DNA from: Oopsacas minuta
Taxonomy: Eukaryota; Animalia; Porifera
NCBI GenBank assembly: GCA_024704765.1
Contig: JAKMXF010000210.1
Span: 1 to 64,000 of the forward strand
Direction of reading: 5' to 3'
Length of the DNA stretch: 64,000 nt
Within the stretch, counting starts at the first letter, position 1. Each line of letters begins with the position of its first letter. Positions 1 to 12,257 of this stretch are shown piece by piece. Under the pieces are notes generated by a model, which searched no databases, had not been told where the DNA came from, and saw only the letters and a program-made list of their open reading frames with translations. Made by a program: the position numbers and the translations under genes.

Positions 1-251
1 CAGATATTGACTCTTTGTGTAAACAAAAACAAAGTCAGATATCCCATTAGATATGTTCTTTATCATTAAAGTTTACTATAATTAAATAATACATTTAGTG
101 ATTTTTCAATTCTGAAATAATCCGTATTAACGCCATCCCCAAATAAATAACATCATGCTACCTTGATATATCCAATGTCGTGCGGCCCTCAAGTAGATAA
201 AGAAGCCCTCATTTGGCCCGCGAACAAAAAAGGTTGGACAAGCCTGATCTA

Positions 252-491
252 ATGTCTGCTAATAGCGATACTTCATTCCAAATAGTCAAATCTTCAAAGG
301 GGACTAACAAATTATCCCACGACGGATATTTGTATATTTTCCATCGGGGAGCTATCAAAAAGGAGTGGCGGTGTGACGTGCGAGGATGTAAAGCTAGAAT
401 ACACTCCGTTGATGAGACAATCATCAAAAAGTCGGGGGAATATTCTCACCCACAGGAATACGGAGTAATATCCATTGAAGTACGGTTGTAG
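252..491 (+). pseudogene. Degenerate FLYWCH zinc-finger fragment (probably a MULE/Mutator-type transposon relic)
   Basis: SKGTNKLSHDGYLY...EWRCDVRGCKARIHS...KSGEYSHP follows the FLYWCH pattern (GY.Y..W.C...C.A...H.H), but the first His of the HxH is Tyr. The frame stops after ~80 aa and no DDE domain follows. ATG at 252. Confidence 0.55.
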
Positions 492-924
492 GGACCTGAT
501 TATGTACGAATATTGTTCGTCATATCAGAAATTCGTATTAACGAGATATGGCCTAATCATTAAATATATATATATGAATTTGTTTGAATTCAACAAATAA
601 TGACATACTGTACGCAAATGTGCTAGACCCATTTTATCCGAATATAGCGTTAACCGTAAACAAAATATCTATTTCAAATGATTCTTTTAATGGGTTTATA
701 TAATTCATAATGATATTGAATAATATATCTGTGTCGCGAATTCTGAACCACATGGGGACTAGAGAAACTGTTCGTAATATGGAGAATTCATATTTATCAA
801 CTCGACTTAATACAAATCCTATTTATGCATTAAAATTGGGGCAAGAAGGTAATTAATATAAAATGAATTATTCAAAATGAATTATTCATTTTTAACCTAG
901 TGAATAATGAATTATGAATTATTC

Positions 925-1554
925 ATGAATTAGTCAACTTAGGTAATTGCGTGACACATGAATTTGTCTCGATTTGCAATAATTCGTTTGCCAAATGGAC
1001 AAAATTCCTATACTCAGTAATTTTGTATATCATTTGTGCAGTGTGCATCATGTATGAAGATGTTCTTACGACCCAAATCTACAAATTCATTTCTATATAT
1101 TATTTTGTAAAGCTACAGTAATATATGGTGTATACAGGGATGTCCTGCTCTAATTATAAGTATGGGAGCTGTATATCAAATTTCAAATTCAATTGAATAT
1201 ATTCTAATTTCTAATGCAAAATTCAAACAATACACCTGTAATTGAATTAATAAGATAAGTATGAATAATATCAAAGGGTTTAGTAGTAAATCTGAAAATA
1301 GAGTTCTAACGAGTGATTGAGTACCAAAAATTATTTAACCAATAATACTTCCAATTTTCTTCTTGTTTATGGGCTCAGAATATTATAATTAATAATTTAT
1401 ATATCCTACATTCCAGAACACGTTGCTTATAATATAATTATTACTTAATTAATCAACTCCTCAAAAAGAATGATGTATAAATTGCGAAAGAATTATTCAT
1501 GAATTATTCATTATTCTTGACGATATTTGAATGAATTAGTCAACTTAGGTAATT
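925..1554 (+). repeat. Two identical 24-bp direct repeats (925-948, 1531-1554), each preceded by tandem TGAATTATTCA quasi-palindromes
   Basis: ATGAATTAGTCAACTTAGGTAATT occurs exactly at both positions; ATGAATTATTC motifs are repeated at ~863-925 and ~1490-1510. Confidence 0.75.
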
Positions 1555-1602
1555 ACTGCATTGTATTTCCAGAAAGCACGATGACGTAAAGAGCATGACA
1601 AC

Positions 1603-1675
1603 GGAACAATATCATGGCCATCCTTTAAGAAGGATACTTTACACCTTCTTAAATGATGGTCATGATGTAAGTTCT
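1603..1675 (+). other. 73-nt stem-loop (pre-miRNA-like or MITE-derived hairpin)
   Basis: 1609-1633 pairs with 1644-1668 (25 positions: 22 Watson-Crick, 2 G-U, 1 mismatch) around a 10-nt loop; 1603-1607 GGAAC pairs with 1671-1675 GTTCT. Confidence 0.5.
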
Positions 1676-2301
1676 GATATACCGACAATACAGTAACAAA
1701 AATATGAAAGAAGAGTCCAGACAATGGTGCGCTCCATAAAACAAGGCCTAAGGAACCGTTAGTACACCAGAATGCAATTTCTACCACACAGCACCTGCCA
1801 ATAATACTTTCGAGACCGAAAATTTCTGTTTCTTGTCAGAGAACATACTAAGATAACAAATTTGTCCAGGGCCAAACTTGATCCTGCCTAGATTTCTATC
1901 AGAAATGGAGCTAATTCATACACAATCTTTCTGGAAATTCGTAGTAACCTGGTTCGAATTAAGAAGATTCCACTGTATTAACATCGGAATATGAATATCA
2001 GTATTCTCAATACAGTTCTCGAAAAGAGCCAATATAGTACACCGCAGTTCCTTACTTCCCTCAGGCGCTATAATTTCTTGTTGTGGCTCTGAATACCGAT
2101 CAATGGATTGTGTTCAGTCTGGCCTACTCGTAACACGGATTGCTATATTCCCCATAATATATGTACAGTGAACCTTCTCTAATCGGAACAAGGTATTATT
2201 CTGAATCAATCTTGGAAAATAATCCAAAATTGTCATAAATACTTATTTTGTCCAATTGTGTCAAGAAATATAATGACTAAGCTGTCGACAAGCGGCAAAG
2301 C

Positions 2302-2318
2302 GCGCGAAGCGCACTAGT
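2302..2318 (+). mobile_element. Possible non-autonomous Helitron 3' end
   Basis: GCGC-GAA-GCGC hairpin immediately followed by A-CTAG then T, as at Helitron 3' termini; the 5' end was not located. Confidence 0.35.
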
Positions 2319-2596
2319 ACGTATAAAGAAAGAAAATATGTTGATGAAACTTTCAAAGTAATTCACCATTTTGACTGACCATGTACAATATTAAATTTAG
2401 AAAATTCCATATGTTCCAAATTTATGTGTGAATTACTCTAATACCAGTTATTTGGACTTATGGATTTCGTAGGGGAGTTCTTAATTAAGTGCGTGGTATA
2501 TTTTCTCTGCCTTTATGGTAGGTATGTCCATATAGGGGCTGCAGGCTTGCAGTAATAAAATTATTAATGAGACTTGAGAAATAGAGGGAGTCTCAT

Positions 2597-3451
2597 ATGA
2601 CTCATAACGAGAAGAGGGCTGAATGGTGGAGAGAGGGTCTCATCGGTCTGGGGGTGGGTGTTCTCTACGGTACAACTAGCGTGTGTGTAGGTCATCCCTT
2701 TGATACCATCAAGACCAAGATGCAGGCACAACCTGGTTTTGAGAAACCAAATATGATTCAATCATTTGTTAAAACCGTTAAAACACAAGGTCTAAGAGGC
2801 TTGTATCGCGGTAGCTTACCTCCCCTCTTTGGATCAGGTATTTATAGATCAGCTCAGTTTGCAGTCTACGAAGGTATCTACACATACCTCGGCAGTAACC
2901 AGGCTTGGAGTACATACGAGTTTCCGTTAACAGGGGGATTACAGGTCAGAGTTCTAATAGCAGGTTCATTAGCTTCCACCGTACGAGCTTTGATAGAAAC
3001 TCCTTTGGAGTACGCTAAGGTCAGAGGTCAAACGGGACAGAAATGGCGGTTTATGGATCTTTATAAAGGCTTTGGGGTAACTTGGATTCGAACCATAGGA
3101 CTGATGACTACCTACTTTATACTTATAGATTGGGGCAGGAGAAACGCAAAAGGAACTTTTGAAACTCCAATTCTTGGTCCGTTTTTTGCTTCAGGGCTAG
3201 CTGCTACTGCTGGTTGGTGGCTTATTTGGCCGTTTGAAACCATGAAGTCTCAAGTACAATGTGGCTACGGGAAGAATGTATCTCTACTACAAAGGATAAG
3301 ACTTACAATGAGAGAGAGGGGAGGATTCTTTGCCCTCTATAGAGGAATAGGCCCAGGTACGATCAGAAGCTTCCTGGCTAATGGAACAAGTATGATTGTT
3401 ATGCAATTTGCTCAAAAGAAAGTTACTGATTGGGGAATCAGGAAAATGTGA
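2597..3451 (+). CDS. Mitochondrial carrier (SLC25 family), 284 aa, intronless
   Basis: Three Px[DE]xx[KR] signatures (HPFDTIK, TPLEYAK, WPFETMK) and [DE]G..GLYRG-type motifs (GLRGLYRG, MDLYKG, FFALYRG). Confidence 0.95.
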   Translation: MTHNEKRAEWWREGLIGLGVGVLYGTTSVCVGHPFDTIKTKMQAQPGFEKPNMIQSFVKTVKTQGLRGLYRGSLPPLFGSGIYRSAQFAVYEGIYTYLGSNQAWSTYEFPLTGGLQVRVLIAGSLASTVRALIETPLEYAKVRGQTGQKWRFMDLYKGFGVTWIRTIGLMTTYFILIDWGRRNAKGTFETPILGPFFASGLAATAGWWLIWPFETMKSQVQCGYGKNVSLLQRIRLTMRERGGFFALYRGIGPGTIRSFLANGTSMIVMQFAQKKVTDWGIRKM

Positions 3452-4056
3452 CGATTTTATCAAAAAATATTAATAAATTTCTTGTCTTTATTTTGATCAA
3501 ACGAAAATACCTTGAATTGAACCACACATTACGTAGTTTACGATCACGATTTAAGTTTGTCTTGAGTAACAAATCACTGTAAACCTACTCAAGCTTTGCT
3601 GTTGTTTTTTGCTTTTAATTCTAAATTACGCATGCGAGAATATGTCCACTCGACTACTAGAATTATATACATCTGCGGATATGTTCTCTTGAAAGGGAGG
3701 AGAGTCAATACAATCGAAATCAGTTTTTACCTCCTTGCATATGCTATTTTACTCAATAATACATACAAAACAAAAATGTTTGCCTATTTTCTCGTGCATA
3801 TTGCTGGGGAACAAATCCGATTGCGACTGTACTAATTATATTTTGCTGAATATTACATACTTACCAGTTATCAATCCCTTGTAAGTTGTTTCTGATCTGA
3901 AATAGCTTCCGACAATATATAAATTCTCCTGTGTTTGTATATGCAAACATTGTAATTAAATCTAGAATTCTAGTTGATCTATATATTATTCCCAGTCGTC
4001 TACCGGTCTATTATTTCTGTTTTTAGAATAATTACAATTTTTGAAAAATAATTTAC

Positions 4057-7000
4057 ATGTTGCAACCTGATCACCTATCAGGCGATCCTACAATATCTAT
4101 CCTACCCTCCCCTAAACATCCAACAACCCCAAAATCCATGAAACACCAATGCATCCAGGACCTTAGTACCAGGTCGTATCAAGCTGACGAGCTAGTCCTC
4201 TCTCAATGTGACTCACAAGTGTCAATACAGTCTGGAATCCTTAATATTACACTCACCCCTCTACCTGATGTAGGTCCATGCATTACTGATACAGAGGTAG
4301 AAAACTATGAACAGGTCAAACAGGTATCTAAAGTGTTACATTCCGAAGAAAGCTCGAAAGATCAAACACAGTGTATCAACCAAAAACCATTAGAAGCACC
4401 TCAATCTTTACCAGACTTAATCCAATGTCGCGAATCCCTTCAAGAGCATGAATCACAACAATTTCCTAAATCATCCGAAGACTACCAGTTACCTGAATAT
4501 CTTGGTTCTTCACAAGAATACGATATACAACAATCTGATAACACTGCTGAAGACCATGATCTACCTCAATCTCGTGAATCTTCCCTGCTCCACTCAGAAC
4601 CAGATGAGAATGAATCACTAGAATACCATACGCTGCTACAGGATAAAGAACCCCCTAAAGATATGAATATTATTGAAGATGAGAATCCATTTGAATCTGA
4701 TCTGATAGCATTACATCAAGATAACATACCAGCTGACGATTCTTATACACCAAAAATAGTATCTTTACTATCTAGCGAAATTACAAAGTATGACAATAAA
4801 ACAGGAAGTTGGGGAAGCGAGCAGGATGATGGATTATCAACAGAAGAGAGGTATGAACTACTTAACAAACTGTTGATTAGGTCTTCTACATTCACCGATG
4901 TTGTAGGAGGACAGGTTAGAAAGCAACAGGAAAAGAGGAAGAAGAAGAGAGAGGCAAAGGAGAGAAGTAAACCTCTCAAGAACTTAATTCTAACTGACAT
5001 ATCTCCTCATATGAATAACATTAAAGATAAGAGAATACCTCAGGAGTCTGTTGAGGAATTAGGTCTTGATGTCACGAGTGAAACAGCTGGTAAGAATCGA
5101 AAGAGACACTCTAAACATTCTGAAATCCTACAAAACCCTAAACGCTTCAAACCAGTCAATGTTAGATACTATAACAATGAAGTTATACCCTACATGCAGC
5201 CTAACCTGCTTACAGGAGCTGTTCTACGTAACTACCAGGTAGATGGTTATGATTGGTTACGTATCCTATATGAGAATGGTATTAATGGTATTCTAGCAGA
5301 TGAAATGGGTCTAGGTAAGACAATACAAACCATAGCTCTAATATGCTATCTCATAGAGAAAGAGATAGAAGGACCATTTCTTGTTGTAGCTCCTATGTCA
5401 ACACTCCATAATTGGCAGAGAGAATTCGCTAGATTTTCTCCTACCATCTACACACTGTTGTATCATGGCGATAGATTGAAACGTCATACTCTCCTTGATG
5501 TGATTAAAAGGAAACGTCGACCAGACCCTGAAGTGCAATATCAATCCAATAAGAGACCTGTCGTGATAACACACTATGATTTGATTAGACACGATTTCAA
5601 GAAACTAGTACCAGTACAATGGACATACATGGTTCTGGATGAAGGACATAAAATTAAAAACTCTATGTCACGAACAAGTCGCGATCTGAGTTCATTTCGG
5701 TGTGACAGTAGACTTATCCTCACAGGAACTCCTATTCAAAATAACTTGACAGAACTATGGAGTTTAATGAATTTCCTAATGCCAGCTATATTTGATGATA
5801 AACATACTTTTCAGCATTGGTTTGATGTTTTAGGCAACTTACGAGAAGAGGTTATTGATAGAGAAAGACAGAAGCCTATCATTGGTATTTTTCAGAAGAT
5901 AATTCGTCCTTTTATAATGAGGAGGTTGAAGTGTGATGTACAACTAAATCTCCCACCTAAAAAAGAGATATTGGTCTATTGTCCTCTTACTCGTGTGCAG
6001 AAGGACTTCTATAAAGCTCTGTTAGATAGAACTATTATGTCAGTGATCCGTAAGGAATACGAGATTTCAGAGGAGCTAGAACTCGAGGAAGAAAATGGAA
6101 AGAAAAGATTACGTCGATCTTGCAGACTTGTGGATTACAAAGAAATGCGTGATAGGGATTTTATGAAAGTTGTTAACGGAGTCGAGAATGTACCTCTCTC
6201 GTGGACGGGTGAATTAAATTACAAATATGAAGAACCTGATACCCTACCCGTATTTATAGAGGTGTCCTCCAGGATGACACATGTACATTTACGAAAAGTA
6301 GTCAATCACCCTTATCTTATTGCACATCCTTACGATCAGTTTGAGAAAGGTAAAGCTCTTATCATTTCAGAAGATGTCGTACAACTATCTGGGAAGATGC
6401 GTATTCTGGATACTATGCTTAAGAATTTAATCCAGAAGGGACATAAAATGCTTATATACTCACAATGGGTTCGTATCTTGGATTTGATTCAGGATCTGAT
6501 GGAATTGAGAGATATTAAGTTCGTTAGATTACAAGGAAGTCACCAGTTAGCAGCTCGAGAAGAATCCATAAATCAATTTCAAACTGATGAAGAGATAAAA
6601 TGTTTTCTGATAACAACAAGAGCAGGTGGATTAGGTATCAATCTTACTGCTGCTGACACTGTCATTATATTTGATTCAGATTGGAATCCACATGTTGATA
6701 CACAGGCTCAAGACAGGTGTCATCGTATAGGACAGACTCGACCTGTTATAGTATATAGACTTGTAGCCGCTCATACTATTGACCAGAAACTGGTGGAGCG
6801 TGCTTTCACGAAGAAAAAACTCGACAAGATACTGATAAATAATAAGGATTTCTGTAAGAATTCGTGGACACAGAATAAAATAACTACTATACCAATTGAG
6901 GAACTACAAGAACTCCTGACAGAGTTAGAGTATGATAAGCGTATTGGAGAGGGAGAGGATTTCACTGAAGAACAAATGAGAACACTCTTGGACCGACCTA

Positions 7001-7062
7001 ACCTGATTGAGGGAGTAGCTAACGAAGCATTCAGGGTTGTATCTGCAGAAACAATAACTTAG
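4057..7062 (+). CDS. HELLS: SNF2-family helicase HELLS/LSH/DDM1, 1001 aa, intronless
   Basis: QPNLLTGAVLRNYQVDGYDWLRILYENGINGILADEMGLGKTIQTI (HELLS-type), DEGH box, LTGTPIQNNLTELWSL, TRAGGLGINLTAADTVIIFDSDWNP, AQDRCHRIGQ. Confidence 0.9.
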   Translation: MLQPDHLSGDPTISILPSPKHPTTPKSMKHQCIQDLSTRSYQADELVLSQCDSQVSIQSGILNITLTPLPDVGPCITDTEVENYEQVKQVSKVLHSEESSKDQTQCINQKPLEAPQSLPDLIQCRESLQEHESQQFPKSSEDYQLPEYLGSSQEYDIQQSDNTAEDHDLPQSRESSLLHSEPDENESLEYHTLLQDKEPPKDMNIIEDENPFESDLIALHQDNIPADDSYTPKIVSLLSSEITKYDNKTGSWGSEQDDGLSTEERYELLNKLLIRSSTFTDVVGGQVRKQQEKRKKKREAKERSKPLKNLILTDISPHMNNIKDKRIPQESVEELGLDVTSETAGKNRKRHSKHSEILQNPKRFKPVNVRYYNNEVIPYMQPNLLTGAVLRNYQVDGYDWLRILYENGINGILADEMGLGKTIQTIALICYLIEKEIEGPFLVVAPMSTLHNWQREFARFSPTIYTLLYHGDRLKRHTLLDVIKRKRRPDPEVQYQSNKRPVVITHYDLIRHDFKKLVPVQWTYMVLDEGHKIKNSMSRTSRDLSSFRCDSRLILTGTPIQNNLTELWSLMNFLMPAIFDDKHTFQHWFDVLGNLREEVIDRERQKPIIGIFQKIIRPFIMRRLKCDVQLNLPPKKEILVYCPLTRVQKDFYKALLDRTIMSVIRKEYEISEELELEEENGKKRLRRSCRLVDYKEMRDRDFMKVVNGVENVPLSWTGELNYKYEEPDTLPVFIEVSSRMTHVHLRKVVNHPYLIAHPYDQFEKGKALIISEDVVQLSGKMRILDTMLKNLIQKGHKMLIYSQWVRILDLIQDLMELRDIKFVRLQGSHQLAAREESINQFQTDEEIKCFLITTRAGGLGINLTAADTVIIFDSDWNPHVDTQAQDRCHRIGQTRPVIVYRLVAAHTIDQKLVERAFTKKKLDKILINNKDFCKNSWTQNKITTIPIEELQELLTELEYDKRIGEGEDFTEEQMRTLLDRPNLIEGVANEAFRVVSAETIT

Positions 7063-7523
7063 ATTCGAATATCATTGCGAATTAAACATGTAATTCGAGC
7101 ATGTGTAGATTCATAGACAAATTTCAATGCTCTCTAGGTTTCACTTTTATTCACCCCTGGACATAGTAATTCTACACAATTAGCTATTAATACTATTTTA
7201 ATTGCTTAATTTTAATATTCACAATCAGTAATATTCACTGTATTTGTTTCCATCACTCATTTCCAATCCTCTTCTGTAATGGTACTGAATTAATATTATC
7301 TATTGACAATGCCTGCAGTTCTTACATTTATACAATTATTCAAAGAATATACGATTAATCATAGGCTATGAGATTAATTAAATATGCGATTTGGGTTACC
7401 AACTTAGGTTTAAGAAATTTTGAGTTTCGGACATTCTAGTGGTACGTATCGGAAACCGAAATTCGTTCACTTCAGAGCCATTACTTAATCCTTTTATTTT
7501 GCCAGAAATATATAAACTTCAAG

Positions 7524-8093
7524 ATGAAAACTATACACGTGAAACAATTAGTAAAAATCCCATCAGGCATATCTGTAAAGCTAAAAGGTCGCACAATAAT
7601 AGTGAAAGGAAAGAGAGGCACTTTGCGTAGAAACTTCAGTCATCTCTCTCTTGAGATGAAGAAGGAAGGGAAGAGAACTATCAAAGTAGAAGTTTGGTTT
7701 GCAGATCGCAAGCAACAAGCTCTAGTGAATACCGTATGTAGTCATATACAGAATCTATTCAAAGGTGTTACTTATGGATTCCGATACAAGATGCGTGGAG
7801 TATACGCACATTTCCCAATCAATATTATCATTGAAGATAACGCAGCAGATGTAGAGATTAGGAATTTCATCGGTGAGAAAGCTGTACGTCATGTCAAAAT
7901 GTTGGAGGGAGTTTCTTGTGTCGCATCAGCTGTGAAAGACGAAATATATGTGGAAGGGAATGATCTTGATGACGTGTCTAGATGTGCAGCTCGTATTCAC
8001 CAATCTGTGTTGGTGCACGGGAAAGATATTAGGAAATTCCTGGATGGCATATACGTATCTGAGAAGACAACAATAGAGTCTATGGAGAATTAA
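7524..8093 (+). CDS. RPL9: 60S ribosomal protein L9 (uL6), 189 aa, intronless
   Basis: VKGKRGTLRRNFSH, GFRYKMRGVYAHFPIN, EIRNFIGEK, KDIRKFLDGIYVSEK. Confidence 0.97.
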   Translation: MKTIHVKQLVKIPSGISVKLKGRTIIVKGKRGTLRRNFSHLSLEMKKEGKRTIKVEVWFADRKQQALVNTVCSHIQNLFKGVTYGFRYKMRGVYAHFPINIIIEDNAADVEIRNFIGEKAVRHVKMLEGVSCVASAVKDEIYVEGNDLDDVSRCAARIHQSVLVHGKDIRKFLDGIYVSEKTTIESMEN

Positions 8094-8766
8094 TTCAATT
8101 GATTGGTAGCTTGTCTTCGTATTTACGTATTAGTAGAATTATTATTAGTAGTTTAGGTAACTTTCATTGATAGAATATGAGTATCTGTTCTGATATTATT
8201 TAATAGATATTTATATTAGGATTATTCAGTGACCCAATCCTGATTCCATCGCCTAGATTTTAGTCTACATGGATGATCCTAACAAGTAGCTATACATTTA
8301 TAATTCAGTAAAAACTACTTTGATTTTAGAAAAAATGGGATATTGTTTAGTGGATATTTAACTGCCAATTTGTGATACAATTTTTTATATAAATAATTAT
8401 CTTTTTGTGTTTCGTTCAATTGATGAGGTCTGTATATGTATAGGCTATTTTACAACTGGTATTCGTTTGAAATCGAAATGTTTACATTTCTGAGTCCAAC
8501 TTTGCCGCCGATAAATCGGGATTGTAAAATTTTCAGTATTTCCGTTATTTTCCATGTTCCTCTACCACCATCTTATCGATATAGGAAATTTGAATGATAT
8601 CGATATTTTACCAAACATATGAGACAGTAATTTTGTCGCTTAAGAATGCTTACAATATATATGTATAACTATTTATACTTTTATCATAAAAGAAATTTAT
8701 AAATAATCTTCCATTTCGATCCTTCCATACAATATAATTTCTTATTTAATAAATTAGAATAGAGTA

Positions 8767-11031
8767 ATGTCAGTCAATAGATTGTTCGATCAAATCAACA
8801 ATGTTGTTATGAACTACAGTCCGATTGAGGTGAGAGTGAGAGACGCAACTAACGATGAGACATGGGGACCTCACGGTGCTATGTTAGCTGAGCTGTCTAA
8901 GTTCACTTATACCTACGAGTATTTCCCTGAAGTGATAGGCATGCTTTGGAGACGAATGTTTGAAGCTAAAAGGAACTGGAGACGAACCTACAAATCTCTA
9001 CTAGTGAGTTCACATATATTTAGACAATACATAAAGTTCTGTATGAATAATACTTCTATAATAATTACCTATTACTGTATATCATCGTTGCTTTCAGGTA
9101 TTACACTATCTGGTGCGTAATGGATCGGAGCGAGTAGTGAACAGTGTTCGGGAGCATTATTACGATCTGGAGCCACTGGAGACTTATGAACTTATTGACG
9201 AGAAAGGGAAGGACCAAGGGATCAATGTGAGACAGAAAAGCAAAGAAATTAGAGATCTTATAATGGATGATGACATGCTTAGAGAGGAGAGGAAGAAGGC
9301 TAGAGCAACCAAGGATAAGTTTGTTGGTATGTCAGGTGATGAGTTACAGACTCCACATCTATATAATGAAGATCCTAAGTGAGTATACATTTAGTATTAA
9401 TTTAATATGGATTATATGTAAGTGTTTCTGGGAGTTAATTGTATGAACTATAAGACCCACATATATCTTGTATAATCCAGAAGACCTCTACAAATTCACC
9501 TGCATAATCCGACACAATTTTCATGTCCCAATGAGGTTCGGATTATGCAGGTTCTCCTGTAATATTAACTTCTAATAACTAACATTATAATCATAACTGC
9601 ATTAATAGACGAATATTTATTTATAATTAATCCATCGATATCACTGCGCAATTGAAATCTCCACATTTCGTCATGAATGTCATTGCACTATGCACTTTGA
9701 CCTTATTCTCTGAGAGGAACTCTATTTCAAACTCAATAACATTATCTTCCACTTGCTTGTTAGAAATCAGTTTAATAGACACAGCACTTCCAATCTGTCC
9801 ATGTAATGACTTTACTGCACTGAATATTGCTGTATTAATTGTTAGGTCAGTCAAGTGAGGAGTTTGTTTATCTCCACACACTAGTCTAAACTTCATAATA
9901 CATTCCATTGTATTAACTGTGCTAGAAAGAAATCGAATTTATTATTTATCAGTGAGATTGCAACTTGCAAAAGTACGCATATATTTTAAGAAAATTTCAA
10001 ATTTCCCGATTAATAGCTATGTTTACCAATTGATAATGAATGGTTTAATAATATGTTCCTATATCTGAACCAGATTAACCGAAACTATTATAATTTCTCT
10101 CTGTGTTCTGGACACCTGGAATGATCCACTATATTACTATCAATCTAGATACAAATACAAGAAAGACACACAATCTAATCCTAAGCCTCAGTATCAAGAC
10201 AGAGACAAGAAGGAGAAGCCTTCCTTCCGTGTGTATCGAGATGATACTTCTAACACTTCTAATAATGACGTTGATGTTTCCTACCCATCAGATAATATTG
10301 AATCTACTGAAACAGATACAACAGCTGTTACAGAAGATAAACCTACTCTACTCGCTATTAGTCAGAAACCAGCTAATCAGGATACAGATGATAATAATAA
10401 TAATTTATTTGGAGAGTTCAAGTCTGCTACTAATGAGCCTGTGTTAGTCAAACCTCCTCCCTCATCTACTACTGTGTCCAAATCTGCTGAGAATAATTTG
10501 CTGGGAGATCTAACTGACCTCAATCTGACATCACCTGTCAGCACCATGTCAACCGGTGTTGATGACTTTGACATTTTCAAATCAGCTACTACTACAACTC
10601 AAGCTCCAATGAAACCTAATACAACTCATAATATCGATTTGAATTCTCTCCTTCAATCTTCTCCTTCAAATACTGTTCCTATCCAATCAGTACCTTATAC
10701 AGTACCTCCTGCTAATCAAAGTTACTACTACCCACCTGGTACTGTATACATTCCTAATCAACAAGTTAGTTACCCTGGTTACCAACCTCAATACATGCCA
10801 GTTGCTTCTAACCCCTACCAAGCTCAGAATACAAGATATATTCCTCCTCCCCAGCAACAAGCTAACACTGCATTTCTCCCTCCTCCTATGCAGCCAACTA
10901 AATTCCCTGCTAATACATTTCAATCTAACAATAGCCAGCAGACTGGTAGTTCTAAGATCAGCAACGGAAATGTACCAGTGAAGAAATCAAGAGACCCTCT
11001 GGGAGACTTAGATGTGTTTGGTCAGAAGTAG
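8767..11031 (+). CDS. CLINT1: Clathrin interactor 1 / epsinR (ENTH domain), 3 exons, 466 aa
   Basis: Exons 8767-9003, 9098-9378, 10149-11031 with GT-AG introns and consistent phases (0, 2); total 1401 nt. ENTH: VMNYSPIEVRVRDATNDETWGP...KSLL|VLHYLVRNGSERVV...KDQGINVRQK. The tail has gamma-ear/clathrin-type motifs LFGEF, DDFDIF and DLDVFG. Confidence 0.88.
9627..9908 (-). CDS. RPP14: RNase P/MRP subunit Rpp14/Pop8-like protein, 93 aa, nested antisense in CLINT1 intron 2
   Basis: FSAVKSLHGQIGSAVSIKLI and KVKVHSAMTFMTKCGDFNCAVI align by eye to human RPP14 (recalled ISAVKDLFGEVDAALPLDIL, VKLWSSLTLLGSYKGKKCAFRV). The ORF lies wholly within intron 9379-10148. Confidence 0.72.
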   Translation of the reverse strand: MECIMKFRLVCGDKQTPHLTDLTINTAIFSAVKSLHGQIGSAVSIKLISNKQVEDNVIEFEIEFLSENKVKVHSAMTFMTKCGDFNCAVISMD

Positions 11032-12257
11032 CTATTTATAGATATAGTACTCTCTCACTCATTTTATAATTGTCCCATAGAACCCATTCTCTCCTGTTGT
11101 TCTGCTGGTTGTTTGATTGAGTGATCAAAATATCCTTTTCTTATGTATTATATGCTTCTAGTATTGTCCTAGTAAATATGATATGGAATTTCTTGTTAAG
11201 TATTTTCCTGTAGTACATTTTGATATACTAGTATATGTTCAGTTAACTTCATGCTAAATATTAAAGTCGTGTGATTCTAATCATTTAAGTAAATTGGAAT
11301 AATCTTGTAATATAACGAATAGAGTGCTTCTCTATTCGGGCTAAAGACTCATTCTGTATTCCTATGGACCTCGAATAGATGCCCACTATTACTAATTAAT
11401 TAAAGTGGGCTAACTAGGGGACTGGGGCTTGACTTACCTTTAATGTCACATGCGAATGTAAAGGTACGGAACTTAATGAATCAATCAATGAGAGAATAAT
11501 AGAATTATATTATTCATGATATCTTTATGTAATGTCTATTATGTTCCTCTTTTAATAACAGTTCGAATAAACGCCCCAAATACTATTAGAGGAGATATAT
11601 GTTCGATCGTCTGCTTTGAAATAGATGGAACTAAGTATTTGCATTTATATCCGTTATGAGGATCTCCAAAGTCCCTATAGCCGATTAAGTCAAACGTTAG
11701 ATTAATCCCATTAAGCAAGGATTTGCTTCAACACCCAGAATAACATTTAAGAGGGTAAGGAAACATCTGGAAACATTGATGAGCATTTTTACACTAATCC
11801 AATATCAAATTCTTACCAACAGGTGGAAAATATCCACCAAGACTACAATTTGAAGCAAAATTATTGACTATTTCGATAACACATTCAGCAACTGGATATT
11901 AACACCCAGAGCAACATCTTGGAGGTGTTTGGCCTCTCTATTGTTTCAATCAAGATATCTTGTTTGTGGCCGTTTTGACCTGCATGCCCAGAGCCCCCGA
12001 GTTACCCTTAAGCTATAGTAATATAGTTTAAAGGAGATTGTGTAAGGGGCCTAGCTTAGGGATCCATGGTGGCATGATCTGTAATGGTTGACAAAGCTAC
12101 AGCAAGTGTACCATAACGTGCTTACACTGGATATATAAGAATATTGCCTGTGGTAAACTATTTAGGACAACTCCGCACTGGGCTGGGCTACTATAAATAC
12201 GGTAACTTGAGACAATATGCTTCATATTATAGTTCAAAATATTTCCAAACTCACTGA

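Noticed and set aside
1950-2190. Tc1/pogo-type TIR-like sequences at ~1950-1977 and ~2164-2190 as one element
   Set aside because: They face away from each other, so they cannot bound a single element; partner ends were not found.
9380-9626. HTD2 ORF downstream of RPP14 as in the vertebrate bicistronic transcript
   Set aside because: Only ~250 bp are available before the CLINT1 exon and no suitable ORF is present.
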